Assembly (NCBI GenBank): GCA_965197725.1
Contig: CBDANQ010000061.1
Coordinates: 96,001-160,000, forward strand
Source of the DNA: Longimicrobiales bacterium
GTDB lineage: Bacteria; Gemmatimonadota; Gemmatimonadetes; Longimicrobiales; Gaopeijiaceae
Direction of reading: 5' to 3'
Length of the DNA: 64,000 bases
Shown: in pieces, positions 30,626-40,805 of the stretch
How the letters are laid out: every line of letters starts with the position of its first letter
How positions within the stretch are numbered: the stretch's first letter is position 1
Translations under genes and position numbers: made by a program
The notes under the pieces: model-generated
What the model was told of the DNA's origin: nothing
The model's input: the letters and a program-made list of their open reading frames with translations, nothing else
The model's database searches: none

Positions 30626-32062
30626 TCAGTCCCCTCGCGTCCTCTGCAGCCCCGTCTCGTACCCTTGCCAGATTCCCGGTCTCACCGCGACGTAGATCGT
30701 CTCGAGCGGTCGGTCCGCGGCGCGCATACCGAAGAGCGCGATGCCCATGTGCTCACCGATCGCCATGATCTGGCCACAGTCGAGACGGAGCTCGTTGCCC
30801 GACTTGTCGAACTGCCGTTCCTCGAAGGTGATCGCTTCGTCATTCCGGAACCACGCGGCATCGCCCGCGTAGGTACCGGCGAAGACAACACCGGGTCGCA
30901 GTGTCCGTATCGATATTCGGCTTGGGCCGACAAGCGTGTCGCCCTGGGCCGAAACACGGACCCGGACGTTGCTCGCGGTCGCCAGGCAGACGTCGGCCGG
31001 AGTACCCTCCGGCAGAGGCGGCGCAACCTCGCGAGTGAGGCGAACAGTGTCCGGCGGCGGCGCGGGCAGCATGATGGTGTCGGGCGCCGGCCGGAGCATG
31101 AGCGACGGCTTGTGCAGGAGCCGATCACCATTAGGGTTCAACGCCACTGACGCGAGAAGACCGAATCTCGGTCTCCGGAACTCGGAGAAGTATCCGCCAC
31201 CGGGCTCCCCGTAGTTGGCGGCGAGGTACTGGGCCCCGAGCCGAACGCCCCCGGCGTCCAACTCCGCGCCGATGTTGAGGTCGAAGCCGTTGTACTCGCC
31301 CATGAGCGTGAGTAGCGAGGAGTTTCCTAGACCGAAGTGTATCGCGGATCCGAAGAACCAGCCCTCGGAGTCGGCGAAGTTGTAGAAGCTGAGCTGATCG
31401 CCTTCCTGGAACATGCCAGTCCCGTATCCGAGCGAGAACGTAAGGTCGTGCTTCGGAAGCGAGCCCTGGTCGAAGCCGCGGATGTGGGCGCTCGCGACGC
31501 TGTAAAGGCTCAGCTCCGTATTGACATCGTCGAGGTCTGGGTACGACTCGCGGAAGCGGCGGTCGGCGATCCCAAGACGCGTCGGCTGATACGACACACC
31601 GTCAGCGAAGTCCGGTGCGGTCACATATCTGCCTCCGACCGCGAGGCCGATGCCCCGCCGCTGGGGCTGCAGGAGCTGCAAGCGACCGAAGAGACCCCAC
31701 TGGTCACCCCCAGCCGTCGCGGCATTGAAGGACTGCAGGGTCGCACCCAACTCAGCACGGTCAAAGATACCGACCGCCAGCGAGGCGTCGGAATAGAACT
31801 TGTCAACGGCCCCGCCATAGGCGATCGGATTCCCGCTCGCGTCGATCTCGAGCGAGCGACCCAGATCCATGAAGAAACCCGAATAGGTGCCGGTGATCGT
31901 CATGTGCGGCAGAACGCTCGCCACCGGGATATCCATGAGCCCGGATCCGTACCGAAGCGTGCTCGGCATCGTGGTGGTCTGGGCTGCGAGCGCCGGAGCC
32001 GTGAGAAACGTCGACAGAGCTAGCCCCGCGAACCATCCGGTGCGGCCCAATACCGTCTTCAT
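30626..32062 (-). CDS. Exported, probable outer-membrane protein (YjbH-like N-terminus)
   Basis: Signal peptide ending ALAA-Q; GSGLMDIPVA; alternating beta-strand pattern; Pro-rich linker and C-terminal domain. Confidence 0.65.
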   Translation of the reverse strand: MKTVLGRTGWFAGLALSTFLTAPALAAQTTTMPSTLRYGSGLMDIPVASVLPHMTITGTYSGFFMDLGRSLEIDASGNPIAYGGAVDKFYSDASLAVGIFDRAELGATLQSFNAATAGGDQWGLFGRLQLLQPQRRGIGLAVGGRYVTAPDFADGVSYQPTRLGIADRRFRESYPDLDDVNTELSLYSVASAHIRGFDQGSLPKHDLTFSLGYGTGMFQEGDQLSFYNFADSEGWFFGSAIHFGLGNSSLLTLMGEYNGFDLNIGAELDAGGVRLGAQYLAANYGEPGGGYFSEFRRPRFGLLASVALNPNGDRLLHKPSLMLRPAPDTIMLPAPPPDTVRLTREVAPPLPEGTPADVCLATASNVRVRVSAQGDTLVGPSRISIRTLRPGVVFAGTYAGDAAWFRNDEAITFEERQFDKSGNELRLDCGQIMAIGEHMGIALFGMRAADRPLETIYVAVRPGIWQGYETGLQRTRGD

Positions 32063-32319
32063 GAAGATCCCTCCCCTCTGAACAAGGCTCTCGCCCTAGG
32101 GCGCTCCGAGATCCTGATGACCTCTTGCTCGCCCAAATCTAGCACGACGCTAGAAACGTGCCAGAAGATAACCAGACGTTTACCGAAGGGGCATCGCATC
32201 GAAAGAGTCGGCCATTAGGCCTTACGTGACGCGGAGGAGGCGAGTCGCGCGCCGCGATGGCAGGAGAGCAATATTCGTACAATCCCCGGCAGTCGAGCGG
32301 AGGGTCAACTCGTGACGGC

Positions 32320-32538
32320 TCACTCTACGAGCTGAGCCTCGATGCGGGCGAGGCGCCGCGCGATCGACACGACCCAGCCAAGCACCATCACGATCACGAT
32401 CGCATACGCGATGAAAACGTGCCAGTACGGTTTCAGGCTCTGGGTGGCCAGCCGGCTCGCTGTTTCTTGACCGTCCAAGTCGGCCGCGGCGAGCAGAATG
32501 ACGAAAAGGGGTAGCGCGACCGTACGGAGCTTCTTCAT
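32320..32538 (-). CDS. ccmD: CcmD-family small membrane protein
   Basis: Follows ccmC; VFIAYAIVIVMVLGWVVSIARRLARIE. Confidence 0.65.
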   Translation of the reverse strand: MKKLRTVALPLFVILLAAADLDGQETASRLATQSLKPYWHVFIAYAIVIVMVLGWVVSIARRLARIEAQLVE

Positions 32539-32552
32539 TGTGGTCACCAGGG

Positions 32553-33245
32553 TCAGGCGCTGGCTTCGCACGTCCGTGCTTGCTGCCCAGCGCGGAGGGT
32601 CTCGAGAGCGTATCGGAGGAGGAACAGGCCGAGGAAGAGCGTCGTGAAGACCACGAAGCTCGTCAGCAATAGTGTGAGCATGTCCCCCGGCAGCGAGGGT
32701 CGGTCGGGCTTCAAGACTAGGGGCTCGGGGTGCAGCGACCGGAACCAGACCACGCTGACATGAATGAACGGGATGTCCAGCGCACCGATGATGGCTACCA
32801 CCGCGGCGAACCGCTTCCCCTTCTCCGGGTTCTCCGTGGACTTCCGGACCATGAAATAGCCCAGAAAGATGAACCACAGCAGCAGGGTAAACGTGAGGCG
32901 TGGCTCCCAGGTCCAATACGTGCCCCAGGCGATCTTGCCCCAAAGCGGGCCCGTCGTGAGCATGATCGTCGCGAAGATCATGCCTCCCTCGGCGGCCGCA
33001 ACCGCCGCGCGGTCGAGACGTTCGTCCCGGAGCCAGAGGTACATGCCACTCGTGAACGCCGCGATCCCGAACGCCAGGAACGAGGTCCATGCGGCGGGCA
33101 CGTGCACGTAAAAGATTCGCTGCGCTACGCCCTGGTTCACCTCGGTCGAAACCCAGAAGAAAGACAGCCAGTACACAGCGGCCATCCCGACGAGACCGAG
33201 TACGGCCAAAGCCGTCCCGGTCAAGCGTATTCCCTTTCCTGACAT
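32553..33245 (-). CDS. ccmC: Heme exporter / cytochrome c biogenesis protein C
   Basis: RIFYVHVPAAW, TGPLWGKIAWGTYWTWEPRLT, SVVWFRSLHP. Confidence 0.92.
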   Translation of the reverse strand: MSGKGIRLTGTALAVLGLVGMAAVYWLSFFWVSTEVNQGVAQRIFYVHVPAAWTSFLAFGIAAFTSGMYLWLRDERLDRAAVAAAEGGMIFATIMLTTGPLWGKIAWGTYWTWEPRLTFTLLLWFIFLGYFMVRKSTENPEKGKRFAAVVAIIGALDIPFIHVSVVWFRSLHPEPLVLKPDRPSLPGDMLTLLLTSFVVFTTLFLGLFLLRYALETLRAGQQARTCEASA

Positions 33246-33925
33246 CAATCCTCCACGACGAAGCGGAAGAGCACCGCGCCGGCTGCCACCGCCATGAGCG
33301 CGAACGCCGCGAGCATTCGAATGTTGGCGGCGACCTCGGAGATGGGTCGACCTGAGAGCAGCCTCCCCGTCGCCCCGGCACCGAAGACGATCATCGGCAC
33401 GAGCAGTGGGAAGATCAGGATGGGGAGGAGAATCTCGCCCATCCGAGTTCCCGACGACACCGCCGCGAACAGCGTGCCGAGCGCGACGAAGCCCAGCGCG
33501 CCCAACGCGAGGGCCAGCCCCAGCATCGTGGGGCTGGTCCCCAACTCCATCCCGAAGAAGAGCATGAAGACCGCGACGACGAGAAGCGATACGGCATAGA
33601 GCAATACGAAGTTGGAGAGCGTCTTGCCCAGGAAGACGGCGTCCTTGGGAACCGGGCTCATCAGCACGCCCTGAAGCGCGCCGTCCTCCGCCTCCAGGTG
33701 GAACGTGCGTCCTACCCCGAGCAGGCCTCCGAACACGATCGTCATCCATATGAGCCCGGCGCCAATATCCTGCGGCCGCACGACTGTCCTGTCGATCGAA
33801 TAATTGAACAACACCGCCGCGAGCACGGCGAAAGCGCCCATGGCCCCCACGCGCTCGCGCGTTCTCAACTCGAGCAGCAGGTCCTTCCACACGATCGCGC
33901 AAATCTGACCGAGGTAGGCGCTCAT
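33245..33925 (-). CDS. ccmB: Heme exporter permease
   Basis: KDLLLELR, EAEDGAL, LLPILIFPLLVP. Confidence 0.92.
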   Translation of the reverse strand: MSAYLGQICAIVWKDLLLELRTRERVGAMGAFAVLAAVLFNYSIDRTVVRPQDIGAGLIWMTIVFGGLLGVGRTFHLEAEDGALQGVLMSPVPKDAVFLGKTLSNFVLLYAVSLLVVAVFMLFFGMELGTSPTMLGLALALGALGFVALGTLFAAVSSGTRMGEILLPILIFPLLVPMIVFGAGATGRLLSGRPISEVAANIRMLAAFALMAVAAGAVLFRFVVED

Positions 33926-34692
33926 TTGCGCCCCTCGACGACCCGGTGGTACAGCCGTTCGAAATCGGTAGTGTCCAGCTCTTCGCGGCTCCCCTGCCAG
34001 GCGAAGCGTCCCCGCACCTGGATCACCACCCGGCTGGCCAGCGCGAGACCCTCTCCGAGGTTGTGTGTGACCATGACGACCGTGCGACGACCGTCCTTGA
34101 GCTCGGTCAGCACGCCGCGGAGAACCGCGGCCGCAGAGGGATCCAGACCGGTATATGGTTCGTCCAGGAGCACGACCTCCGGATCGTGGAGCAGTGCCCT
34201 CGCGAGGGCTAATCTCTGGCGCATCCCATGGGAAAGCTGGCCCACGAGAGAGTCGAAGCGGTCCCCTAGGCTCACGTGCGCCAGCCGCTGCGGAATCCTT
34301 CGATCAAGGTCCTCGAGGCCATAGAGTCGGCCGTAAAACCGGAGGTTCTCCGCCACCGTGAGCTGAGCGTATAGGAAGCCCTGGTGGGACAATACGCCGA
34401 TGTTACGCCGCCACTCGACCGCGCCGAAGTCGAGCCGGGTACCGTTGAGGAAGACCTCGCCGCGCGTGGGACGCAGCGCTCCCGCGAGCAGTCCGAGCAG
34501 CGACGACTTCCCGGCGCCGTTCGGTCCGAAGACCGTCAGGAAGTCTCCCCGCTCCAGGGAGAGGTCGATGCCGGCTACAGCGATCACCGGACCGTACTCA
34601 CGTACGATACCGCGAGCCTCTACCGCCGGCGTGCTAGTCACGGACGGGGGCGACTCGGATTCAGGAGCCATCGCAACTCCCAGGGCGCTCAC
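33922..34692 (-). CDS. ccmA: Heme exporter ATP-binding protein
   Basis: GPNGAGKS, LSHGMRQR, LLDEPY; operon context; start approximate. Confidence 0.9.
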   Translation of the reverse strand: MSALGVAMAPESESPPSVTSTPAVEARGIVREYGPVIAVAGIDLSLERGDFLTVFGPNGAGKSSLLGLLAGALRPTRGEVFLNGTRLDFGAVEWRRNIGVLSHQGFLYAQLTVAENLRFYGRLYGLEDLDRRIPQRLAHVSLGDRFDSLVGQLSHGMRQRLALARALLHDPEVVLLDEPYTGLDPSAAAVLRGVLTELKDGRRTVVMVTHNLGEGLALASRVVIQVRGRFAWQGSREELDTTDFERLYHRVVEGRK

Positions 34693-35123
34693 CGCGCCGC
34701 CTCGGCGGCAACGGCCTGCCCACATGCTGAGCAGAACCGCGAGCCGACTTCGTTGGAGAACCCGCAAGCATCGCAGACGCAGCCCTCCCGGAAGCCCGCC
34801 CGGATTTGGGCGATCTCGGCCTCCAAGGCGTCCTCGTCGGGCCCGGCTCCTCCCTGCGCCCGTTCGTCCGCTTCCAGCGCCGCCAGGGCTTCGGCCGTGA
34901 GCTCGGCCTTGAGCGAGCGATAGTCGTGCTCATCGAGCTTTTCAGCGAGGAAGTCGTACTCGACGTCACGAAGCGCGAGCAGCGCGACCCGTTTGCGAGC
35001 TTCGGTGTCGGTCAGCTCGAACTCATCCCGCTCGAGCGACGCGTGAAGGCCCTTCACAACCGGCTGCAGAATGAAGAGGACCACGGCCAACGCCACTAGC
35101 GAAGCGCCGATGAGGAGGGTCAT
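34689..35123 (-). CDS. CcmI-like membrane-anchored protein with C-terminal zinc ribbon
   Basis: N-terminal TM; LRDVEYDFLAEKLDEHDY; CDAC...CSAC. Confidence 0.7.
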   Translation of the reverse strand: MTLLIGASLVALAVVLFILQPVVKGLHASLERDEFELTDTEARKRVALLALRDVEYDFLAEKLDEHDYRSLKAELTAEALAALEADERAQGGAGPDEDALEAEIAQIRAGFREGCVCDACGFSNEVGSRFCSACGQAVAAEAAR

Positions 35124-35131
35124 CGGCGGCC

Positions 35132-37192
35132 TTAGTCGGCCGCCGCCATTGCCGGCTGAGGAGCGGTCTCGGTCCTCCCCTCGAGCGCGACCCGGCGGCG
35201 GTCGACGCTGGGCCAGAGCGCGACGAACGTGCCAATGGCCAACATGATGCCCCCGAACCAGATCCAGCCAACGAACGGTTTGATGAGGATCTGCAGGTCG
35301 ATACCCTGAGCGTTCGAGTCGGCCCTCACCGCCCCCTCCATGTCGTCCAATGCCGACAAGATCAGGTACAGATCCTCCCGAACGGAGGAGCGAATCCCGA
35401 CCTCGGTCATCGGTAGATCGCCGGTCACGTACATCCGCTTTTCGGTCGTCATGAGGGGCTTCTGTTTGCCGTCCTGCTGCACGGAAACCGTAGCGATCGT
35501 CTGCCAGAGCAGGTTTCGCTGACCCTTGCCGAGCGACACCGAGAGACCTTCGTACGTCAGCTTGTAGGTGTGCCCGAACGGGGACCTGACCTCTACCTCG
35601 TCACCGGGCAGCACGTGGAAACGCTCGTCGACGTTGTACGCGGAACCGGCGAACCCGAAGTAGATCATCACCATCGCCACGTGCACGATGTATCCACCCC
35701 AGCGCCGACGATTGCGAGCGACCAAGTGCACCAACGCGAGCGCGTAACCCTCGCCCTCGATGCGCGCGCGGGCGCGCGTGCCCTTCCAGAACTCGATCCC
35801 GATGATCGTGAGTACAAAGGCGCAAATGCTCCAGGTCACGAGCGCCAGTGGGTGTCGGGCACCTGTCACCCAGAGCCCGGTCGCGACCGCGAGCAAAACC
35901 CCCATCGGGATCGTGAAGTTCTTCTTGAGATTCCGTTTCGTGGCCCGCCGCCACGCGATCACGGGACCGATCCCGGCCAACGCGAGCAAAACGAGGCCTA
36001 TCGGGAAGTTGACTTTCTCGAAGAAGGGCGGCCCGACGCTGATCTTCTCACCTGTGACGCCCTCGGCCACGAGCGGGAAGATCGTTCCCCAAAACACCGC
36101 GAAGGCGAAGCCCAACAGCATGAGATTGTTGAAGAGAAACGCCGACTCACGTGACAGGAAGGACTCGATCCGGTTCTCGCTTTGCAGCTTGGGCAGGCGG
36201 TACAGGATCAGGACGACACACCCGGCTAAGATCGACCCCATGAAGCCGAGGAAGATGTACGCGATCCTCAGCTCCTGAGCGAACGAGTGCACCGAGTCGA
36301 TGAGCCCCGAACGCGTGAGGAACGTCGCGAAGATCGTGAGCAGGAACGTCACCAGCACGAGCGACATGTTCCACACCCTCAACATGCCTCGGCTTTCCTG
36401 GATCTGGATCGAATGGAGGAACGCCGTCGCGGTCAGCCATGGCAGTAACGAGGCGTTCTCGACCGGATCCCAGAACCAATATCCGCCCCAGCCCAACTCC
36501 TCGTACGCCCAGCGCATCCCGAAGATGATGCCGACGGAAAGGAAGAGCCACGAGGTCAAGATCCAACGCCGCGTCAGCTGGATCCAGCGTGCGTCGAGCC
36601 GGCCATTGAGCAGCGCCGCCACGGCAAACGCAAACGGGATCGTGAAGGCGGTGAAGCCCAGGTATAGCGTGGGCGGGTGGATCGTCATCCAGTAGTTTTG
36701 GAGCTGCGGGTTCAGCCCCTGACCGTTCGCGGGGGTGAACGCGAGCCGCTCGAACGGGTTCACGTCCGCGAAGAGCAGCACGACGATGAAGAACAGTAGA
36801 ACGCCCTGGAGCACGCCAGCGACGTAGGGCATGAACTCCCGGTTCTTGTTGCGGTTCTGGAAAACACAGATGCTCGAGAAAAAGCCGAGTATCAGCGCCC
36901 AGAAGAGCAAGGACCCACGCTGGCCGGCCCAGAGGCCGGTGACCTTGTAGAACAGCTCGAGCTCGCGGTTCGAGTAACTCGCTACATACCAGTACTCGAA
37001 CTTGTCACCCAGGAACGCGGCGCTGACCCCCAGGGAGGCCAATATCAGCAGGATGAAGACCGCGTAGATCCCGCGTTCGGCGCTCAGAACGAGGTCGCCG
37101 CGCTGGGTGCGCCCTCCCATGAAGCCGAGCGCCATCCCCCAGACCGCGACGGGCAGCGCGATCCAGAGGGCGAACTCGCCGAGGATGGTCAC
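35132..37192 (-). CDS. ccmF: Cytochrome c heme lyase subunit
   Basis: WAGQRGSLLFW, GLNPQLQ, IHPPTLY, WAYEELGWGGYWFWDPVENAS, SVHSF. Confidence 0.96.
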   Translation of the reverse strand: MTILGEFALWIALPVAVWGMALGFMGGRTQRGDLVLSAERGIYAVFILLILASLGVSAAFLGDKFEYWYVASYSNRELELFYKVTGLWAGQRGSLLFWALILGFFSSICVFQNRNKNREFMPYVAGVLQGVLLFFIVVLLFADVNPFERLAFTPANGQGLNPQLQNYWMTIHPPTLYLGFTAFTIPFAFAVAALLNGRLDARWIQLTRRWILTSWLFLSVGIIFGMRWAYEELGWGGYWFWDPVENASLLPWLTATAFLHSIQIQESRGMLRVWNMSLVLVTFLLTIFATFLTRSGLIDSVHSFAQELRIAYIFLGFMGSILAGCVVLILYRLPKLQSENRIESFLSRESAFLFNNLMLLGFAFAVFWGTIFPLVAEGVTGEKISVGPPFFEKVNFPIGLVLLALAGIGPVIAWRRATKRNLKKNFTIPMGVLLAVATGLWVTGARHPLALVTWSICAFVLTIIGIEFWKGTRARARIEGEGYALALVHLVARNRRRWGGYIVHVAMVMIYFGFAGSAYNVDERFHVLPGDEVEVRSPFGHTYKLTYEGLSVSLGKGQRNLLWQTIATVSVQQDGKQKPLMTTEKRMYVTGDLPMTEVGIRSSVREDLYLILSALDDMEGAVRADSNAQGIDLQILIKPFVGWIWFGGIMLAIGTFVALWPSVDRRRVALEGRTETAPQPAMAAAD

Positions 37193-37611
37193 CTGGCTAG
37201 ATCCTCCGGCGCAGCTTCGTATCGACTCCCACACTTCGTCAGCATCGTCGTTGCCTCGAAGACACCATCCGCTCGCAGGTGGCCTTCGAGCACGACTTCT
37301 ACCTCATCGGTGAACGTGTCCGGGAGCGCGTCACGGTACTCGACGGGGAAGGTCACCGACTCGTCCACCAGGTCCATGACCTGGAAGGTGTGCAGTAGCT
37401 CGCCCCGCACCCGCACGTAGGTACCCTTGATGACCTGACCGCTGACCTTCACGCCGACCTCGTGGAACGTCGGATCCGCCTCGACGCGCGCCATGAGCTC
37501 GACCGGCGTGAGGTAATAGACCATCGTCTCGCTCACCCCTGTCCATATCAGATAGGTCACCACCGCGGCGACCCCGACGAGACCCACCGTGAAACGACCG
37601 TTCTTGTTCAT
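37189..37611 (-). CDS. ccmE: Heme chaperone CcmE, CxxxY variant
   Basis: YYLTP, LPDTF, VVLEG, TKCGSRY. Confidence 0.92.
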   Translation of the reverse strand: MNKNGRFTVGLVGVAAVVTYLIWTGVSETMVYYLTPVELMARVEADPTFHEVGVKVSGQVIKGTYVRVRGELLHTFQVMDLVDESVTFPVEYRDALPDTFTDEVEVVLEGHLRADGVFEATTMLTKCGSRYEAAPEDLAR

Positions 37612-37749
37612 ATCGTCATCCTTGCCAGAATCCTTCCAATCCGAATGGAATCTAGCCGACTCGAGAGCCTGGCGACCAGTCCGGTAAATCCCCTACGGAG
37701 AGGTCCCGATGTATATGGAGGTCCGACGCAAGCCGGGTTCGGGTCCACC

Positions 37750-38229
37750 TCATCCGGCGTCTCGAAACGCGGCCGCACGTTCGAGCGCCCATCGGGCTGC
37801 CGCGCTGGGGTCCTCCAAAGCCGGGAGATCGAGACCTTCCGCGGGCGGAAGGCCCAGCGTGCCCACGTCGAGGCCCATCTTCCTAGCGAGTGCGATCTCG
37901 GACAGCGTACCCCATGAGCCCCCCACCGCGACTGCCACCTCCGCTCCGGCTACGACGAGCGCGTTGCGAGCCTCGCCGAGACCGGTCGGGAGCGGAACCT
38001 GGATCCACGGATTGGCGTCCTCCCCCCGTGAGCCGCGTAGAATCCCCACCGTCAGGCCTCCCGCCTCCGCGGCTCCGCGGGCCGCGGCTTCCATCACGCC
38101 GCCGTATCCTCCGCACACGACGACAGCTCCACCCTTCGCCAAAGCACGGCCCAGCGCCTGTGCGTCCGAAAATTCCGATTCGCTCGCTCTTGCCGCACCG
38201 ATCACGGCGACTCGAAGTGGACGGTCCAC
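37750..38229 (-). CDS. TIGR00725 family (LOG-like) protein
   Basis: CGGYGGVMEAAARGA, TGLGEARN, GGSWGTLSEI. Confidence 0.88.
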   Translation of the reverse strand: MDRPLRVAVIGAARASESEFSDAQALGRALAKGGAVVVCGGYGGVMEAAARGAAEAGGLTVGILRGSRGEDANPWIQVPLPTGLGEARNALVVAGAEVAVAVGGSWGTLSEIALARKMGLDVGTLGLPPAEGLDLPALEDPSAAARWALERAAAFRDAG

Positions 38230-38243
38230 TCAGGCCTCCGGTG

Positions 38244-39740
38244 TCACGCGTCCTGCCCCCACCGGACCGCCGCGCGAACCGCCCGATCCCATTCCCTGGT
38301 CAGCTGGGTTCGCGCTTCTTCCCCCATGCGCGGCTCATAGCGGCTCGCGCCTTCTTCCTGCACCCCCAGGAAATCGGTAGCGCTCTGCCAGACTCCAGTC
38401 GCGATGCCTGCCAGGCCCGCGGCGCCGAGAGCCGTGGTCTCGACCAGAGCCGGCCGACGGACGGGAATATCGAGCACGTCGGCTTGCAACTGCATCAGCC
38501 AGTCGTTCAGCGCCGCACCGCCGTCCACGCGCAGTTCCGTCGTCTCTACCCCTGAGTCGGCTTCCATGGCAGCCAGTACCTCCGCGGTCCCGTACGCCAT
38601 CGCCTCGAGCGCCGCGCGGACCAAGTGCTCCTTCGTCGTGCCACGTGTGAGCCCGACGAGCATTCCGCGCGCTTCGGGCTCCCAGTGCGGCGCGCCGAGA
38701 CCCACGAAAGCAGGAACGAAATAGACGCCGCCATTGTCCTCCAGCGCCTGCGCCATCGCTTCGGAGTCGCGCGCGGCCTCGAGCAAGCCCAACCCGTCTC
38801 GCAGCCACTGCACCGCCGCCCCCGCGATGAAGACCGACCCCTCCAACGCATAAGCGAGGCCGCCCTCAGCGTCGCACGCCGCCGTCGTGAGCAGACCCTG
38901 CGTGGACCGGACGGCTTGGGCGCCGGTGTTGAGCAGCAGGAAAGCGCCGGTTCCGTACGTGTTCTTTGCGAGGCCGGCGTGCCAACAACCCTGCCCGAAG
39001 AGCGCCGCCTGCTGGTCCCCGGCGACTCCAGCGATCGGCACCTCGATCCCGAGATGCTCCCCGACGGACGTCCCGAAGTCACCAGCGCTGGCGCGCACCC
39101 CAGGAAGCAGCGATCGCGGCACCCCGAGCAGATCGAGCAGCGAGGGATCCCACGCGGTGTCGGTCAGGTGGTATAGCAACGTGCGCGACGCATTGGTGGG
39201 GTCCGTGGCGTGGACGGCACCGTTCGTGAGACGCGCGATGAGCCAGCAATCGACGGTCCCGACGGCGAGCTCCCCGGCCTCTGCCCTTGCGCGAAGCGTG
39301 GGATCTTGGTTGAGGAGCCAAGCGATCTTGGTGCCCGAGAAGTACGGATCGAGCACGAGTCCGGTTCTGGCTCGGACCTCGGATTCGTGGCCAGCTGCTT
39401 TCAGCTCTTTGCACATGTCGGTGGTGCGGCGGTCCTGCCACACGATGGCACGGTGGAGCGGATCGAGCGTCTCCCGATCCCAAAGCACGAAGGTCTCGCG
39501 TTGGTTGCTGATGCCGATCGCGCATACGTCGGCGCCCGACGCGGCCGCCAGCGCCTCTCGGGCAACCCGGCGCGTCACATTCCAGATCTCCGCGGCGTCG
39601 TGCTCGACCCACCCCGGCTGCGGGAAATACTGGGTGAACTCGGAGTACGACCGGCCGAGCACCGCCCCATTCCGTCCGATGACGAGGCAGGTCGTACCGG
39701 TAGTGCCCTGGTCGATGGCCAGAACGGATGGAACGCTCAT
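38244..39740 (-). CDS. glpK: Glycerol kinase
   Basis: IDQGTTG, NQRET, WQDRRT, DPYFSGTK, GDQQAALFG, KNTYGTG. Confidence 0.96.
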   Translation of the reverse strand: MSVPSVLAIDQGTTGTTCLVIGRNGAVLGRSYSEFTQYFPQPGWVEHDAAEIWNVTRRVAREALAAASGADVCAIGISNQRETFVLWDRETLDPLHRAIVWQDRRTTDMCKELKAAGHESEVRARTGLVLDPYFSGTKIAWLLNQDPTLRARAEAGELAVGTVDCWLIARLTNGAVHATDPTNASRTLLYHLTDTAWDPSLLDLLGVPRSLLPGVRASAGDFGTSVGEHLGIEVPIAGVAGDQQAALFGQGCWHAGLAKNTYGTGAFLLLNTGAQAVRSTQGLLTTAACDAEGGLAYALEGSVFIAGAAVQWLRDGLGLLEAARDSEAMAQALEDNGGVYFVPAFVGLGAPHWEPEARGMLVGLTRGTTKEHLVRAALEAMAYGTAEVLAAMEADSGVETTELRVDGGAALNDWLMQLQADVLDIPVRRPALVETTALGAAGLAGIATGVWQSATDFLGVQEEGASRYEPRMGEEARTQLTREWDRAVRAAVRWGQDA

Positions 39741-39768
39741 CGCTCTTTCGTCTCGACGCGGCACGTGT

Positions 39769-40365
39769 TTAGGAAGAAGGCGTGAGGCCCCCGAAATCAT
39801 ATCGCCATCCCGCCTGGAAGAGCACATTCGCGAAGGCGTCGATTGGGAACCCCATGACCGAAAAGTAGTCCCCGTCGATGGCCTCGACCAACCCGGCTCC
39901 CATGCCCTGAATTCCATAGGCCCCCGCCTTGTCGAGCGGCTCCCCCGTCGCCACGTACGCGCGGGCGGCATCCTCGGAAAACGCGCGGAATCTCACCGCT
40001 GTCTCAGCGACGCTACTGGCGAGGCCGTGGAGCCCGGCGAGCGCGATACCACTCAGAACCACATGGCCGCGACCGGCCAGCGAGACGAGCATCTCGACCG
40101 CTCGGCCGGCGTCCCCAGGCTTCCCGAGAACGCGCACTCCATCCACTACGACGGTATCGCCACCAATGACCAACGCGCCCGGTTCACGAGCGGAGATGAC
40201 GCTCGCTTTTTCGCGCGCGAGCCTCTCGACGTGTTCGGCTGGAGTCTCGCCGTCCAGGTACGACTCATCGACGTCAGCCGGCATCACGAGATGATCCAGG
40301 CCCAACTGGGCGAGCACATCGCTGCGTCGAGGAGAAGCCGACGCCAGGATGAGACGTGGAGTCAT
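39769..40365 (-). CDS. maf: Maf-family nucleotide pyrophosphatase
   Basis: LILASASPRR, DTVV, LGKP, DKAGAYGIQG. Confidence 0.93.
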   Translation of the reverse strand: MTPRLILASASPRRSDVLAQLGLDHLVMPADVDESYLDGETPAEHVERLAREKASVISAREPGALVIGGDTVVVDGVRVLGKPGDAGRAVEMLVSLAGRGHVVLSGIALAGLHGLASSVAETAVRFRAFSEDAARAYVATGEPLDKAGAYGIQGMGAGLVEAIDGDYFSVMGFPIDAFANVLFQAGWRYDFGGLTPSS

Positions 40366-40805
40366 TCGCGCTCGAGCATGAGGGTCACCGGCCCCTCATT
40401 CACCAGCTCGACGTCCATCGTCGCGCCGAACTCACCGGTCGCTATGCGCCCACCGCTGCGTGCTCGCAGGCACGCGACGAACCGCTCATAGAGTGGGACG
40501 GCGATCTCGGGCGACGCCGCACCAACAAAGCTCGGACGCCGTCCCTTGCGCACATCGCCGTACAACGTGAATTGACTGACGACCAGCAAGTCACCCGAAA
40601 CGTCCATCAGCGACCGATTCATCTTGCCCTCGTCGTCCGGGAAGACGCGTAGCCCGACGATCTTGTCCGCCATCCACTCGAGCTGACTCACACCATCCCC
40701 GGGTCGAAAAGCCACCAGCAGGAGATGTCCCCTCCCGATCTCGCCGACCGTGCGCCCATCGACGCGAACCTCCGCATGAGCAACCCGCTGGAGGACTACC
40801 CTCAC
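40362..40805 (-). CDS. dtd: D-aminoacyl-tRNA deacylase
   Basis: LQRV, GKMN, SQFTL, GRRPSF, NEGPVT. Confidence 0.96.
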   Translation of the reverse strand: MRVVLQRVAHAEVRVDGRTVGEIGRGHLLLVAFRPGDGVSQLEWMADKIVGLRVFPDDEGKMNRSLMDVSGDLLVVSQFTLYGDVRKGRRPSFVGAASPEIAVPLYERFVACLRARSGGRIATGEFGATMDVELVNEGPVTLMLERE

